Source: a virus
Lineage: Duplodnaviria > Caudoviricetes
Reading direction: 5' to 3' (one strand)
DNA: 43,009 bases
Virus record (IMG/VR): IMGVR_UViG_3300049828_000108
Span: 1 to 43,009 of that record
Both the position numbers and the translations under genes were made by a program. Below, piece after piece: positions 18,627-27,939 of the stretch. The notes below the pieces were generated by a model. It saw only the letters and a program-made list of their open reading frames with translations. It had not been told where the DNA came from and made no database searches. Each line of letters starts with the position of its first letter. The first letter of the stretch is position 1.

Positions 18627-18853
18627 AACTGATTCGTCAGTTTATCGGCTCGGCAAAAGGGGAATTAACAATGTGTGTAAGCGTTCGATGCTCAGGGTGC
18701 CGAGCTGTTTTTTATTTTTTTTATGCCCACGTGAGGATCGTACTCCAGGTAATGGATGGTCTGTTGCCTGATCGCACGCTGGGCTTTTACTACGAGGTTA
18801 ACGTGGCTGGTGGTGGACAACCTGGAACTCAGTTTAGAATAAAAAGAGGAAAC

Positions 18854-19069
18854 ATGCACATAAAACAATTACCAACTTTAGAACAGATTAAAACGCTGCA
18901 GGAAGTGCGCGAGAGATTCATGGTTATTACAAAAGAAATTAATATAATGAGAAAAGAATATGCTAACGAAGGCGATGAAATGCCTGCGCTGGACACAATA
19001 ATTAAAACTCTCAAGCTTAAATACGCTGACGAAAAATTAGCAGAAGAAATAGCGAAAGTGAATCCATGA
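18854..19069 (+). CDS. Hypothetical protein
   Basis: GAGGA RBS before ATG 18854. The upstream extension to 18671 crosses a terminator-like structure. Confidence 0.6.
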   Translation: MHIKQLPTLEQIKTLQEVRERFMVITKEINIMRKEYANEGDEMPALDTIIKTLKLKYADEKLAEEIAKVNP

Positions 19070-19242
19070 CAGAAAATATTCCATACACATCTGATGAGCG
19101 CGTTCAGGAAATGTTAATTTTAATAGACAGATTAAAAATGGCTTTCCGAGAATTTGCGCCACAGTTTCAGGTAGCTGAGTTACTGCGTTTAGAATTATTA
19201 ATTAAAAAAGAATACGAGTCAAACGCTCGGAGGCCATCATGA
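19066..19242 (+). CDS. Hypothetical 58-aa protein (not in track)
   Basis: MTENIPYTSDERVQEMLILIDRLK..., ATGA-coupled at both ends. Confidence 0.65.
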   Translation: MTENIPYTSDERVQEMLILIDRLKMAFREFAPQFQVAELLRLELLIKKEYESNARRPS

Positions 19243-19490
19243 TCATCGAGGAATTAAAATCATTTTTACGCGCAACAATTCTAATCTCATCTGACATGAC
19301 TAAAAAAGAATTTTCGCTTGAGCTGCTAGAAAAAATTATCGCGATGGAACAGAAACTGAAATCGATGGAACCGATTGAGATTGATCCACCTGTTACCAAA
19401 TTACCACCAGGCGTGGAAAATACGCCGCTCAATAGATTAAAACATGGATTAGATCCAGACGATCCACACATTCATCCATCTTTAATCTAA
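19239..19490 (+). CDS. Hypothetical protein
   Basis: GGAGG RBS, 83 aa. Confidence 0.65.
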   Translation: MIIEELKSFLRATILISSDMTKKEFSLELLEKIIAMEQKLKSMEPIEIDPPVTKLPPGVENTPLNRLKHGLDPDDPHIHPSLI

Positions 19491-19555
19491 CGCGCCTTAA
19501 CTACTGATGACAGGCACATCCAAGTAAGTAATCATTCTTGTCTGCGAGGGCAATA

Positions 19556-20014
19556 ATGAAAAAAAGATCAAAAGAATATAATCGATTATACGACATTCAT
19601 CGCATGATGAAAAAAAGATGTTACGATTCTGAAAACAAAGACTATCGTTTCTACGGAGCGCGTGGAATTTCAGTCTGCACCGAATGGTGGTCAATAGAAA
19701 GTTTTTATAAGTGGTCCATTAAAAATGGATATAAGCTTGGTTTATCAATAGATAGAATTAATAATGATGGTAATTACTCGCCATCAAATTGTCGCTTTGT
19801 TACTATGAGCGAGCAGGGTAAAAACACTGGCCGCCGTCGCTTTGTTGTTTATAAAAATAAAAAATATAGCATAACTGAATTATGTAAAAAATTTTCTGTT
19901 AATTACAGAACAACTTTAAATAGATTAAATTTAGGCTGGAGCGTTGAAAAATCCATATCTTTAAAACCTGTTTCTGGCAGAAATCAATATGGTCTTAAGA
20001 CCTTATCAGAATAA
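19556..20014 (+). CDS. HNH endonuclease (second copy of the family)
   Basis: YGARGISVCTEW, LSIDRINNDGNYSPSNCRFVT and an HTH-like C-terminus. ATG 19556 with GAGGG RBS. Confidence 0.82.
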   Translation: MKKRSKEYNRLYDIHRMMKKRCYDSENKDYRFYGARGISVCTEWWSIESFYKWSIKNGYKLGLSIDRINNDGNYSPSNCRFVTMSEQGKNTGRRRFVVYKNKKYSITELCKKFSVNYRTTLNRLNLGWSVEKSISLKPVSGRNQYGLKTLSE

Positions 20015-21380
20015 ATTAATATCAGACATTCGAGATCTTTTTTTAGCTGGACACAAATCTGTATTATTACAGAGCAGCACTGGTTCTGGAAAAACCGCCA
20101 TAGCAGCTGAGATGATCAGGCTTGCCGACAATAAAGGTTCGTCGATTTGGTTCATCTGCAATCGTCAGGAATTAATTCATCAAACGTCTGCAGCGTTGAA
20201 TAAAATATTTGTTAAGCATTCATTTATTGCGGCTGGATTTGATTACGATAGATCGGCGTCTGTTTTTGTTTGCTCTATTCAAACTTTATATAGGAGGTAC
20301 GGATCTATTAACCCTCCAAAACTGGCGTTCTGGGATGAGGCTCATTCGATTGTTGCTAAGACGTGGTCTGACGTTTACGAATACACAGAGAAATCATATC
20401 ATGTTTTATTAACGGCTACGCCAACGCGATTATCTGGCGAGGGGTTTCGTGATTTTGCAACGGCCTTGGTCAAGGGACCATCTGTTGCTGATTTAATTGA
20501 AATGGGTTTCTTATCGAACTATCGCGCCTTTGCTCCAAGTCAAATCGACACATCTAAATTTCATACTCGCATGGGTGAATTTAGAACTGATGACGTAATG
20601 GATGTTGTTAATAAAGATAAATTTATTGGTGACGCCGTCAAAGAATATAAGAGTAAATTCTTAGGACGTAAAAACCTTGTTTTTTGTGTTAACATAGAAC
20701 ATTCAAAGCACGTTAGAGATCAGTTTGTTTTTGCTGGAATATCTTGCGAACACGTAGATGGAAAAACTGATTCTGTTACTCGCGATAAAATAATAAAAGA
20801 TTTCATGAGTGGAAAAATTAACGTTTTAACATCTGTTGATTTGTTAACAACTGGGTTTGATTGTCCAGGTATTGAGGTTGTTACGTTCTTAAGGCCAACT
20901 AAATCAACGTCTCTTGCTCTACAAATGATGGGTAGAGGTATGCGTATTTATCCAGGAAAGAAAGATGTTATTTTTTTAGATCACGTAAATCTATTCAGAC
21001 TCCACGGATTACCTGATGACGAGCGCGATTGGTCTTTAGACGGTGTTAAATCAAAGATCAAGAAAAATGAACTCGCTGTTAAAATATGTCCAACTTGTTT
21101 TGCTGCGCTGAGATTAACAGCAAAAACTTGCGGTGAATGTGGAAACACTATTCCTAGTAAGCGCGATGACCTCGATCTACAATCCCTAGGAACCAACGAC
21201 GATCTAAAAGAAGTCGATAAAAAGAAATTTAAATCACAAGGCAAGGACATTGACAGAGCCAGAGCAAAAACGAAAGATGAGTTAGTTAAATACGCCATCG
21301 AAAAAGGAATGAAAAAACCACATGCGTGGGCACATTACGTTTTCCAGGCGAGACAACGAAAAAAATTACAAGACAGATAA
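19989..21380 (+). CDS. SF2 DEAH-box helicase with C-terminal zinc finger
   Basis: LRPYQ, TGSGKT, DEAH, TAT, GFDCP, QMMGRGMR and CPTC...CGEC. Confidence 0.93.
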   Translation: MVLRPYQNKLISDIRDLFLAGHKSVLLQSSTGSGKTAIAAEMIRLADNKGSSIWFICNRQELIHQTSAALNKIFVKHSFIAAGFDYDRSASVFVCSIQTLYRRYGSINPPKLAFWDEAHSIVAKTWSDVYEYTEKSYHVLLTATPTRLSGEGFRDFATALVKGPSVADLIEMGFLSNYRAFAPSQIDTSKFHTRMGEFRTDDVMDVVNKDKFIGDAVKEYKSKFLGRKNLVFCVNIEHSKHVRDQFVFAGISCEHVDGKTDSVTRDKIIKDFMSGKINVLTSVDLLTTGFDCPGIEVVTFLRPTKSTSLALQMMGRGMRIYPGKKDVIFLDHVNLFRLHGLPDDERDWSLDGVKSKIKKNELAVKICPTCFAALRLTAKTCGECGNTIPSKRDDLDLQSLGTNDDLKEVDKKKFKSQGKDIDRARAKTKDELVKYAIEKGMKKPHAWAHYVFQARQRKKLQDR

Positions 21381-21389
21381 GGTGATACG

Positions 21390-21782
21390 ATGTCAGAAAA
21401 AACTCTCATCTCTGAAATACAGCTACTCTTTACTCAAAAGGGCCACAGGATATTCAGACAGAACACAGGTACAGGCTGGGCAGGTGAATTTTTTAAACCG
21501 CCAATGGAAACAACAATCAAAGTATCACCACGTGATGTGGTTGTGCGAAACGCAAGACCACTGCGAGCTGGTTTATGTACAGGTTCCAGTGATTTAATTG
21601 GCTGGCAATCTGTCGTGATAACTGAGGATATGATCGGTAAACGTGTCGCGATATTCACAGCGATCGAAGTCAAGCATGGATCAACTCGCACCACTGAGGA
21701 ACAAAAACGATTCGTTGAATCAGTAAATTCCAGCGGTGGCATTGGTAAAATTGTTCGTGAGCTGAACGAGGTCGGTTTATGA
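21390..21782 (+). CDS. VRR-NUC (PD-(D/E)XK) nuclease
   Basis: GSSDLIG...AIEVK...EQKRF. Confidence 0.88.
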   Translation: MSEKTLISEIQLLFTQKGHRIFRQNTGTGWAGEFFKPPMETTIKVSPRDVVVRNARPLRAGLCTGSSDLIGWQSVVITEDMIGKRVAIFTAIEVKHGSTRTTEEQKRFVESVNSSGGIGKIVRELNEVGL

Positions 21783-24052
21783 TCGACATCAAACAAATCG
21801 CTGAATCACTAATTCCATCGCAAGAAACAATTCTCACGCAGATCTGTCCTGGCGGCACAATCTCAGGACGTGAATATCAAGCTGGCGCAATTACTGGTGG
21901 ACCTGGAAAATCGTTTTCATTTAATTTACAAACTGGTAAGTGGGCAGATTTCGCGACTGGTGAAAAAGGTGGGGACATCATCAGTTTATATGCGCAGGTT
22001 AATCGTATAAATAACGCCGAGGCCGCTCGGATACTGCAAGAGCAATTCATGAATATCTCTGCAAAGCCTCAGCACCATTATCCTGTTAAGACAGTTGTGG
22101 ATATTACTATTATTAAACCGCCACGTCACGCAGTAAAACCAGAAAAACCATTAAATAAAGGACAGGAACCGAGCTATTCGTGGACATACCGCGACGTGGA
22201 TTCAGAACCTCTATTTTATATTTTCAGATACGATATGCCAGATGGCACTAAAACATTTACGCCGCTGAGCTTCTCATCAACTGGTCAGTGGGTGAAAAAG
22301 CAGTGGCCAGCGCCACGACCTCTGTACAATCTCGATAAACTAACCGCAAATCCAAACAAGCCAGTCCTGATTGTCGAAGGTGAAAAGGCAGCCGATGCAG
22401 CTGAGAAAATGCAGGATATTTATATCGTTACAACCTGGCCAGGTGGCGTGAACGCAATTAATAAGACTGATTTCTCACCTTTATATAACCGCAAATTACT
22501 TCTGTGGCCAGACGGCGATCAACCAGGGATCAAAGGCATGGCTCAGCTTGCGGCCTTACTGCGCGAGCACGCTATCGAAATTAAAATTATTAATCCTGAT
22601 CGTAATTCTGGATGGGATGCCTACGACGCATTTACTGGAGGCATGGATAAGTCTGCTTTCATAACCTGGGCAAAGCCACTTGTTACAGTCATTGAAAAAC
22701 AAGATCCCCCACCGCGATCAGTTGAGGCTGAGGTTATGGGTGAACCAAAACCAAGCGGCGATTTTGTTACATATATGGAGCTTGGCCTTACGCCAATCAG
22801 TGAGAAAAATCCACGGCCTTATCCGAACGAATCAAACGCTGCAAAATTACTCGCGTATTTGCCTCAGTATTCTAAAAGAATTTGGTTTGATATTTTCTAC
22901 AAAGAAATCATGACCGATCACACGACTGGAGTCTCGCGCAAATGGGAAGCATCTGAGGATATTAAAATTCTCTGTCATCTGCAGGATCAGTGGGATATGC
23001 CAGGGCTTTCACTGTCTGCAGTTGAGCGAGCAATCTCGATGGTGGCCATGAAAGATCAGCGAAACGAATTGGCCGATTGGTTAAATTCACTATCGTGGGA
23101 TCAACAACCAAGAATTAATAACTTTTTAAACCACGCTTTTTCAACACCAGATTCGCCACTAACTCAGGCCTTATCAGCGAACTGGCTTAAATCATTAGTC
23201 GCTCGTGGCGTTAATCCTGGCTGTAAAGTTGATACAATGCTCGTATTAAAAGGCAAACAGGGAACGTTTAAATCCACTGCATTAAAATACCTGGCAGGAA
23301 AATACTTTGCTGAATTGAATTGTGATTTAAATAATGATCGCGATTTTCCATTATCAATATCAGGCCGCTGGATCGTTGAGCTGGATGAGTTACATTCATT
23401 TAATCGGGTTGAGTCCACCACGATCAAAAAACGCCTCAGCCAGGCCGTCGATAATACTAAGGTTCCATACGGCAAAAAATACGAGGATTATCCACGAACC
23501 TGCGTAATGGTAGGCACCACGAACGCTGAACGTTTTAGTCATGATGAAACTGGAAACCGTAGATTCTGGCCAGTGGATGTCTTTAAAGTTGATCTTGATT
23601 ACATTAAAATAAACAGAGAACAGTTATTTGCTGAGGCACTATTCAGAGTCAAACAAGGCGAGTCATGGCATGAGATTTCTGATGAAATTTTAGAACTTCA
23701 GGATTCAATCAGGGTGGCTGATCCTTATGAGGAAATGATTGATTTGTATCTTTCGCGCCATTTTAAGAACAATCAAATTGAGATAGAAAACGTCGTTACT
23801 GATTACGGTCCACCGATTAAAACTGTGAACACTTATCCGATGACTGTTCAAAATATAAGCCGCTTTGCACTGGGTTTTGAGCGCATGGACTTGGTGGCTA
23901 AAGAGTCCCGTCGGGTGGCTAAAGCCATGCGTGGTCTTGGGTTTTTGACTAAAAAGACCAAAATCAACAACACGTCGGTCATGGTGTTTTATAAAGATGA
24001 TTATTTAACTAGCAAGTCTACCGAAATTCTGGTGGCTGAAAATGCTCAGTAG
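21779..24052 (+). CDS. Primase (TOPRIM)-helicase (VirE/VapE-like) fusion
   Basis: VLIVEGEKAADA and WPDGD TOPRIM motifs; GKQGTFKST Walker A, IVELDE Walker B and TGNRRFWPV. Confidence 0.9.
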   Translation: MIDIKQIAESLIPSQETILTQICPGGTISGREYQAGAITGGPGKSFSFNLQTGKWADFATGEKGGDIISLYAQVNRINNAEAARILQEQFMNISAKPQHHYPVKTVVDITIIKPPRHAVKPEKPLNKGQEPSYSWTYRDVDSEPLFYIFRYDMPDGTKTFTPLSFSSTGQWVKKQWPAPRPLYNLDKLTANPNKPVLIVEGEKAADAAEKMQDIYIVTTWPGGVNAINKTDFSPLYNRKLLLWPDGDQPGIKGMAQLAALLREHAIEIKIINPDRNSGWDAYDAFTGGMDKSAFITWAKPLVTVIEKQDPPPRSVEAEVMGEPKPSGDFVTYMELGLTPISEKNPRPYPNESNAAKLLAYLPQYSKRIWFDIFYKEIMTDHTTGVSRKWEASEDIKILCHLQDQWDMPGLSLSAVERAISMVAMKDQRNELADWLNSLSWDQQPRINNFLNHAFSTPDSPLTQALSANWLKSLVARGVNPGCKVDTMLVLKGKQGTFKSTALKYLAGKYFAELNCDLNNDRDFPLSISGRWIVELDELHSFNRVESTTIKKRLSQAVDNTKVPYGKKYEDYPRTCVMVGTTNAERFSHDETGNRRFWPVDVFKVDLDYIKINREQLFAEALFRVKQGESWHEISDEILELQDSIRVADPYEEMIDLYLSRHFKNNQIEIENVVTDYGPPIKTVNTYPMTVQNISRFALGFERMDLVAKESRRVAKAMRGLGFLTKKTKINNTSVMVFYKDDYLTSKSTEILVAENAQ

Positions 24053-24236
24053 AAACTTGGTGGCTAAGAATTTGGTAATAAATACATTAACTTATACCTT
24101 AGCCACTGTAGCCACTGAGATTTATATAAAATATTATTATAGAAAGAGCCATTTACTGGATAGTGTATATTACACGTGTATAATCCTACCAGAAACTTCT
24201 TGAAATATGGGTGGCTTCGGTAGACTGGTGGCTAAA
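23893..24236. repeat. Iteron-like GTGGCT array, putative replication origin
   Basis: Eight copies of the core (six forward, two reverse) around the AT-rich 24121-24145 segment. Confidence 0.65.
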
Positions 24237-24303
24237 CGGTGCGTCATCGATTTCTGACACGATCTTAAATCTAAGTATTTTACTTAACATGGAGTGAACA
24301 AAA

Positions 24304-24582
24304 ATGATCAGCGAAAATTTAACAAAAACTAGGGTTGAGCGACATTACTTGGAAATGCTTAAAAAAATTCTTGCTAAGCGATTAGATAGCGGTGACACAG
24401 ATTATGTTTCAATGTGGATAAAGTCTGGTCTAGGTAAACACAAACCAAGTGAACAGATGATGTGCTTGATGGACGCCGCTCTTTATGAACTGGAGTTTGT
24501 TGATTACCACGCTGGCTACCAGCCAATCCCTGCGCACATAAGAAATCGAATTAAGAAACTGTATCGCTGCATAAACCAATAA
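24304..24582 (+). CDS. Hypothetical protein
   Basis: GGAG RBS, 92 aa. Confidence 0.6.
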   Translation: MISENLTKTRVERHYLEMLKKILAKRLDSGDTDYVSMWIKSGLGKHKPSEQMMCLMDAALYELEFVDYHAGYQPIPAHIRNRIKKLYRCINQ

Positions 24583-24696
24583 TTATGCTGCATAGTTATT
24601 CATCTGGTATTGCATAATCCTAACGCATCGCACATCTATTGCCAGGAACCGCAAGTTTGCTAAACTGGTGACAGTTCATCCATGAATGGTCCGACT

Positions 24697-24728
24697 AAAC
24701 CAGACTTAAAAAATCTGGTTTTTTTATT
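24697..24728 (+). terminator. Intrinsic terminator ending the early/replication region
   Basis: AAACCAGA...TCTGGTTT stem followed by a T run. Confidence 0.65.
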
Positions 24729-24761
24729 GACCACCTGGCGTTCGCCTCACACCATCAAATC

Positions 24762-25331
24762 ATGTCCAACATTCAACCCTCAGATTTAACGCCTGCTGAT
24801 CGCGAGTATCATTTCTTTTTAGATCCTAACCGCATGGACCACATCACACTGCACGTCGCAAACGGTGGCTCGCTGATCGATATAGCCAAGGGTGCCATGA
24901 TCCCATACTCAAAGATCATGGCCTGGATACGCGCTGATAAGGTCAGGCTCGATAAATACACCGCTGCCCTTGATGATCGTAGGGAGTGGGCAAAAGAATC
25001 GGTCCTGAGCGAAATACGTTCGCTTGGTATGTTCGACATCCGTAAACTACTAAACGACAACGGCAAGATTAAACCAGTTAGTGAGTGGCCTGATGAGATC
25101 GCTCGCGCTGTGGTCGGTATAGATGTATCAGAAGAGTATGAGGGATTTGGTGACGAACGCCATCAGTCTGGCTGGCTTAAGAAAATAAAAACTGTGGATA
25201 AACTCAAGTCACTCGAAATGGTGGCCAAGAATTTATCGCTGCTCATTGAAAAACACGACGTGCGTCACGAAGTCACTCTTGACCAGCTCATAATGTCAAC
25301 GCAAAAATCTAAACCAGATGAAATTAAATAA
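24762..25331 (+). CDS. terS: Terminase small subunit
   Basis: N-terminal HTH (NGGSLIDIAK) and FDIRKLL...DKLKSLEMVAKNL, upstream of TerL. Confidence 0.85.
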   Translation: MSNIQPSDLTPADREYHFFLDPNRMDHITLHVANGGSLIDIAKGAMIPYSKIMAWIRADKVRLDKYTAALDDRREWAKESVLSEIRSLGMFDIRKLLNDNGKIKPVSEWPDEIARAVVGIDVSEEYEGFGDERHQSGWLKKIKTVDKLKSLEMVAKNLSLLIEKHDVRHEVTLDQLIMSTQKSKPDEIK

Positions 25332-25608
25332 ATCATACTTACTCGCGCTGTGGATATTGGTTAAAACAAAAATCAAATATATCGTTAAGGTTCGCGTCTT
25401 ACGGATGCAAGACAAACGACCTATCATCGCTGACTATGTTGAAAATCCCATGCTCAAATATCCTCGCAACGTTGAGTGTTGGTGTGATTCAGGTCGCAAG
25501 GCCAAACACTGCTGCCTCCCTAAACAGTCAAGAATATTACCGCAAGAGATCGCAAAACAAGCGCGCGTCCTGTTCATGTTCAAACAAAAACAATTTGGAT
25601 TTGAATGA
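25318..25608 (+). CDS. SEC-C zinc-motif protein
   Basis: RNVECWCDSGRKAKHCC matches the SEC-C pattern RNxxCxCxSGxKxKxCC. Overlaps both terS and terL. Confidence 0.75.
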   Translation: MKLNKSYLLALWILVKTKIKYIVKVRVLRMQDKRPIIADYVENPMLKYPRNVECWCDSGRKAKHCCLPKQSRILPQEIAKQARVLFMFKQKQFGFE

Positions 25609-27056
25609 CATCATCTGATGTGTTGCTCAAATGGCGTCGCGATCCTGTTGCGTTCGTGAGAGAAGTATTCAGCGTTGAGCCTGATGCCTGGCAAATATTA
25701 GCACTGCAAGCGTTCGCATCCGATGATCCAGCGATGAAACGTATGTCCATGCAAGCCTGCGCTGGTCCTGGTAAATCCACGATCCTCGCCTGGTGTATTT
25801 GGAACTTCATGCTGTGTTATGTGGATGCTGAGAACTATCCGAAGTGCGCCGCTGTTTCGATTACTGCAGACAACTTGAAAGATAACTTGTGGTCTGAATT
25901 ATCTAAGTGGCAAGCGCGATCACCACTACTCATGCACCAATTTGAATGGACTCAAACTAAAATATTTCACAAGAAGTTTCCAGCGTATTGGTTTGCTAGT
26001 GCGCGATCATTCAGTAAGTCTGCGAACACAGATGAGATCGGTCGCACGTTATCAGGGCTACACAGTAAATTTATTCTGTTCGTGATCGATGAGTCTGGTG
26101 ATATTCCACCATCGATTATCAAATCAGCCGAGCAAGGATTATCGACTGGTCCTGTGTTCGGTAAGATCTTACAAGCTGGAAATCCGACATCACACGCTGG
26201 AATGTTGTACGCAGCTGCGACTTTGTTACGTGAACAGTGGCACGTGATCCGAATTACTGGTGATCCTGGTGATCCTAATCGTTCACCTCGTATCGATACC
26301 AAGTGGGCGGCTGAGCAAATCAAGCAGTATGGTCGCAAGAATCCATGGGTTATGGCGTACATCTTGGGTGAGTTCCCTGATTCATCGATTAACACGCTGT
26401 TATCGATTGATGATGTGATGCAGGCTGTGAATCGTGGACTGCATGAACACACATACAATTGGTCGCAGAAACGTTTGGGCATCGATGTCGCGCGATTTGG
26501 TATGGATTCATCGGTGATATTCCCACGTCAAGGTTTGCGTGGATTCAAATACGTTCAAGTGCATGGTCTGAGATCAAATGAAGTCGCGGCTCGTGTGATG
26601 CTGAGTAAATCGAAATGGGGATCTGAGGCTGAGTTCGTGGATGGTACTGGCGGCTATGGATCAGGCGTTGTCGATTCGTTGTTGCAGGCTGGTGTGTTTG
26701 CTCATGAGATTCACTATTCGGGCAGTCCGGTCGATCCTGCGTACTTTAACAAGCGATCTGAGATGTGGTTTGAGATGGCTAAATGGATTAAGCGCGGCGG
26801 TTCAATTCCAAATGATGCGCGATTGATCAAAGAACTCACAGCACCGACTTACACGTTTGTGAATGGTAAGTTTCAATTAGAATCGAAAGATCAGATAAAA
26901 GCGCGATTAGGATTCTCACCTGACGTTGCTGACGCACTAGGACTAACGTTTGCTTTACCAGATGTTGCGACGAGTGTTGCCACAGAGATGTATCGCAGTC
27001 CTAACCGAGCAAAACACGACTATGATCCTTTAGATTATAAAAAAGATGTTGATTAA
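25605..27056 (+). CDS. terL: Terminase large subunit
   Basis: GPGKST Walker A, FVIDE Walker B, GIDVARFGMD and SPDVADAL nuclease motifs. Confidence 0.95.
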   Translation: MTSSDVLLKWRRDPVAFVREVFSVEPDAWQILALQAFASDDPAMKRMSMQACAGPGKSTILAWCIWNFMLCYVDAENYPKCAAVSITADNLKDNLWSELSKWQARSPLLMHQFEWTQTKIFHKKFPAYWFASARSFSKSANTDEIGRTLSGLHSKFILFVIDESGDIPPSIIKSAEQGLSTGPVFGKILQAGNPTSHAGMLYAAATLLREQWHVIRITGDPGDPNRSPRIDTKWAAEQIKQYGRKNPWVMAYILGEFPDSSINTLLSIDDVMQAVNRGLHEHTYNWSQKRLGIDVARFGMDSSVIFPRQGLRGFKYVQVHGLRSNEVAARVMLSKSKWGSEAEFVDGTGGYGSGVVDSLLQAGVFAHEIHYSGSPVDPAYFNKRSEMWFEMAKWIKRGGSIPNDARLIKELTAPTYTFVNGKFQLESKDQIKARLGFSPDVADALGLTFALPDVATSVATEMYRSPNRAKHDYDPLDYKKDVD

Positions 27057-27085
27057 AGATTAAAATCAAGAAACCATTTTAATAA

Positions 27086-27535
27086 ATGGATTACAATTTA
27101 AGTTATGAAACTGTCGAATCAGCGTGGGAATGTCTTACCCCTTTAAATAAATCTCATCATTTAGAAATATCTTATCATTCAGATTTCAAATTTGAACCAG
27201 ACAAGGCCTCGTACATTGCTGCGGATAATGCTGGCGTGTATAAACTTTTTACCGCAAGAGTAAACGGTAAGTTAATTGGTTATGCTGGTTACTTCCTTAT
27301 AAGACATCCTCATGTTGTTAGCGTTGTGCAGGCAAACTCTGACATAATTTATATTCGTCCAGATTACAGAAAATTAGGTATCGGTCGCGCAATGTTGGAT
27401 TTTGCAGACAAGCAACTTAAATCAATGGGTGTATCGATCGTTTATTTAACTCTAAGTGAGAAACTAGATTTCTCTAAATTAATTACGCCGATGGGTTATA
27501 CGCCTGTCGATCGTTCATACGCACGGAGGTTATAA
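27086..27535 (+). CDS. GNAT acetyltransferase
   Basis: IYIRPDYRKLGIGRAML acetyl-CoA binding motif A. Confidence 0.88.
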   Translation: MDYNLSYETVESAWECLTPLNKSHHLEISYHSDFKFEPDKASYIAADNAGVYKLFTARVNGKLIGYAGYFLIRHPHVVSVVQANSDIIYIRPDYRKLGIGRAMLDFADKQLKSMGVSIVYLTLSEKLDFSKLITPMGYTPVDRSYARRL

Positions 27536-27939
27536 TGGGTGGCGGTGGTAGAAAAAGTCCTTTGAGTCAATTAGCAAGTGCTGTTGGATTAACAACAGCA
27601 TTTACTGCGGGCGGTGGTTTGGGCGCAGCAGCTGCAACATCAGCAGACGCACAAGAGTCGGTTCAGAATACGATTGACAATGCTGGTTTAAATCCATCAG
27701 CAAATGTAACTAAAATCGAGAATGAGCAAAAGGCTGCAGAGGCTGAACAGGCGGCGCGAGATGCCGCAGTTGATGAAAACAAAAAACAAACCGAGACTGC
27801 AAAGAAATACGCAGCCAAACGATCAAAACAGCGCGGCATGATGGGTGCAGCTGGTGGTCGTTCAAGCACGATTCTTACTGGATTGGGTGATGTAAGCGGA
27901 ACAGGTTCAGGTTCTGGCAAAACGTTGTTAGGTAGCTAA
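27535..27939 (+). CDS. Small virion-associated protein preceding the portal
   Basis: C-terminal GRSSTILTG...KTLLG motif typical of this position in BPP-1-like podoviruses. Confidence 0.6.
   Translation: MGGGGRKSPLSQLASAVGLTTAFTAGGGLGAAAATSADAQESVQNTIDNAGLNPSANVTKIENEQKAAEAEQAARDAAVDENKKQTETAKKYAAKRSKQRGMMGAAGGRSSTILTGLGDVSGTGSGSGKTLLGS

Noticed and set aside
18671-18853. N-terminal extension (MCVSVRCSGC...) of the 132-aa ORF as a zinc-finger protein
   Set aside because: It runs through a stem/poly-T structure and a better RBS-ATG lies at 18854. Kept only as a possible regulatory leader.
19494-19551. Hammerhead ribozyme (CTGATGA followed by a stem)
   Set aside because: The required GAAA after stem II is CGAG, and no stem I can form.
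23893-24236. CRISPR-like array
   Set aside because: Repeats are only 7-11 bp, irregularly spaced and in both orientations, and no cas genes are present.
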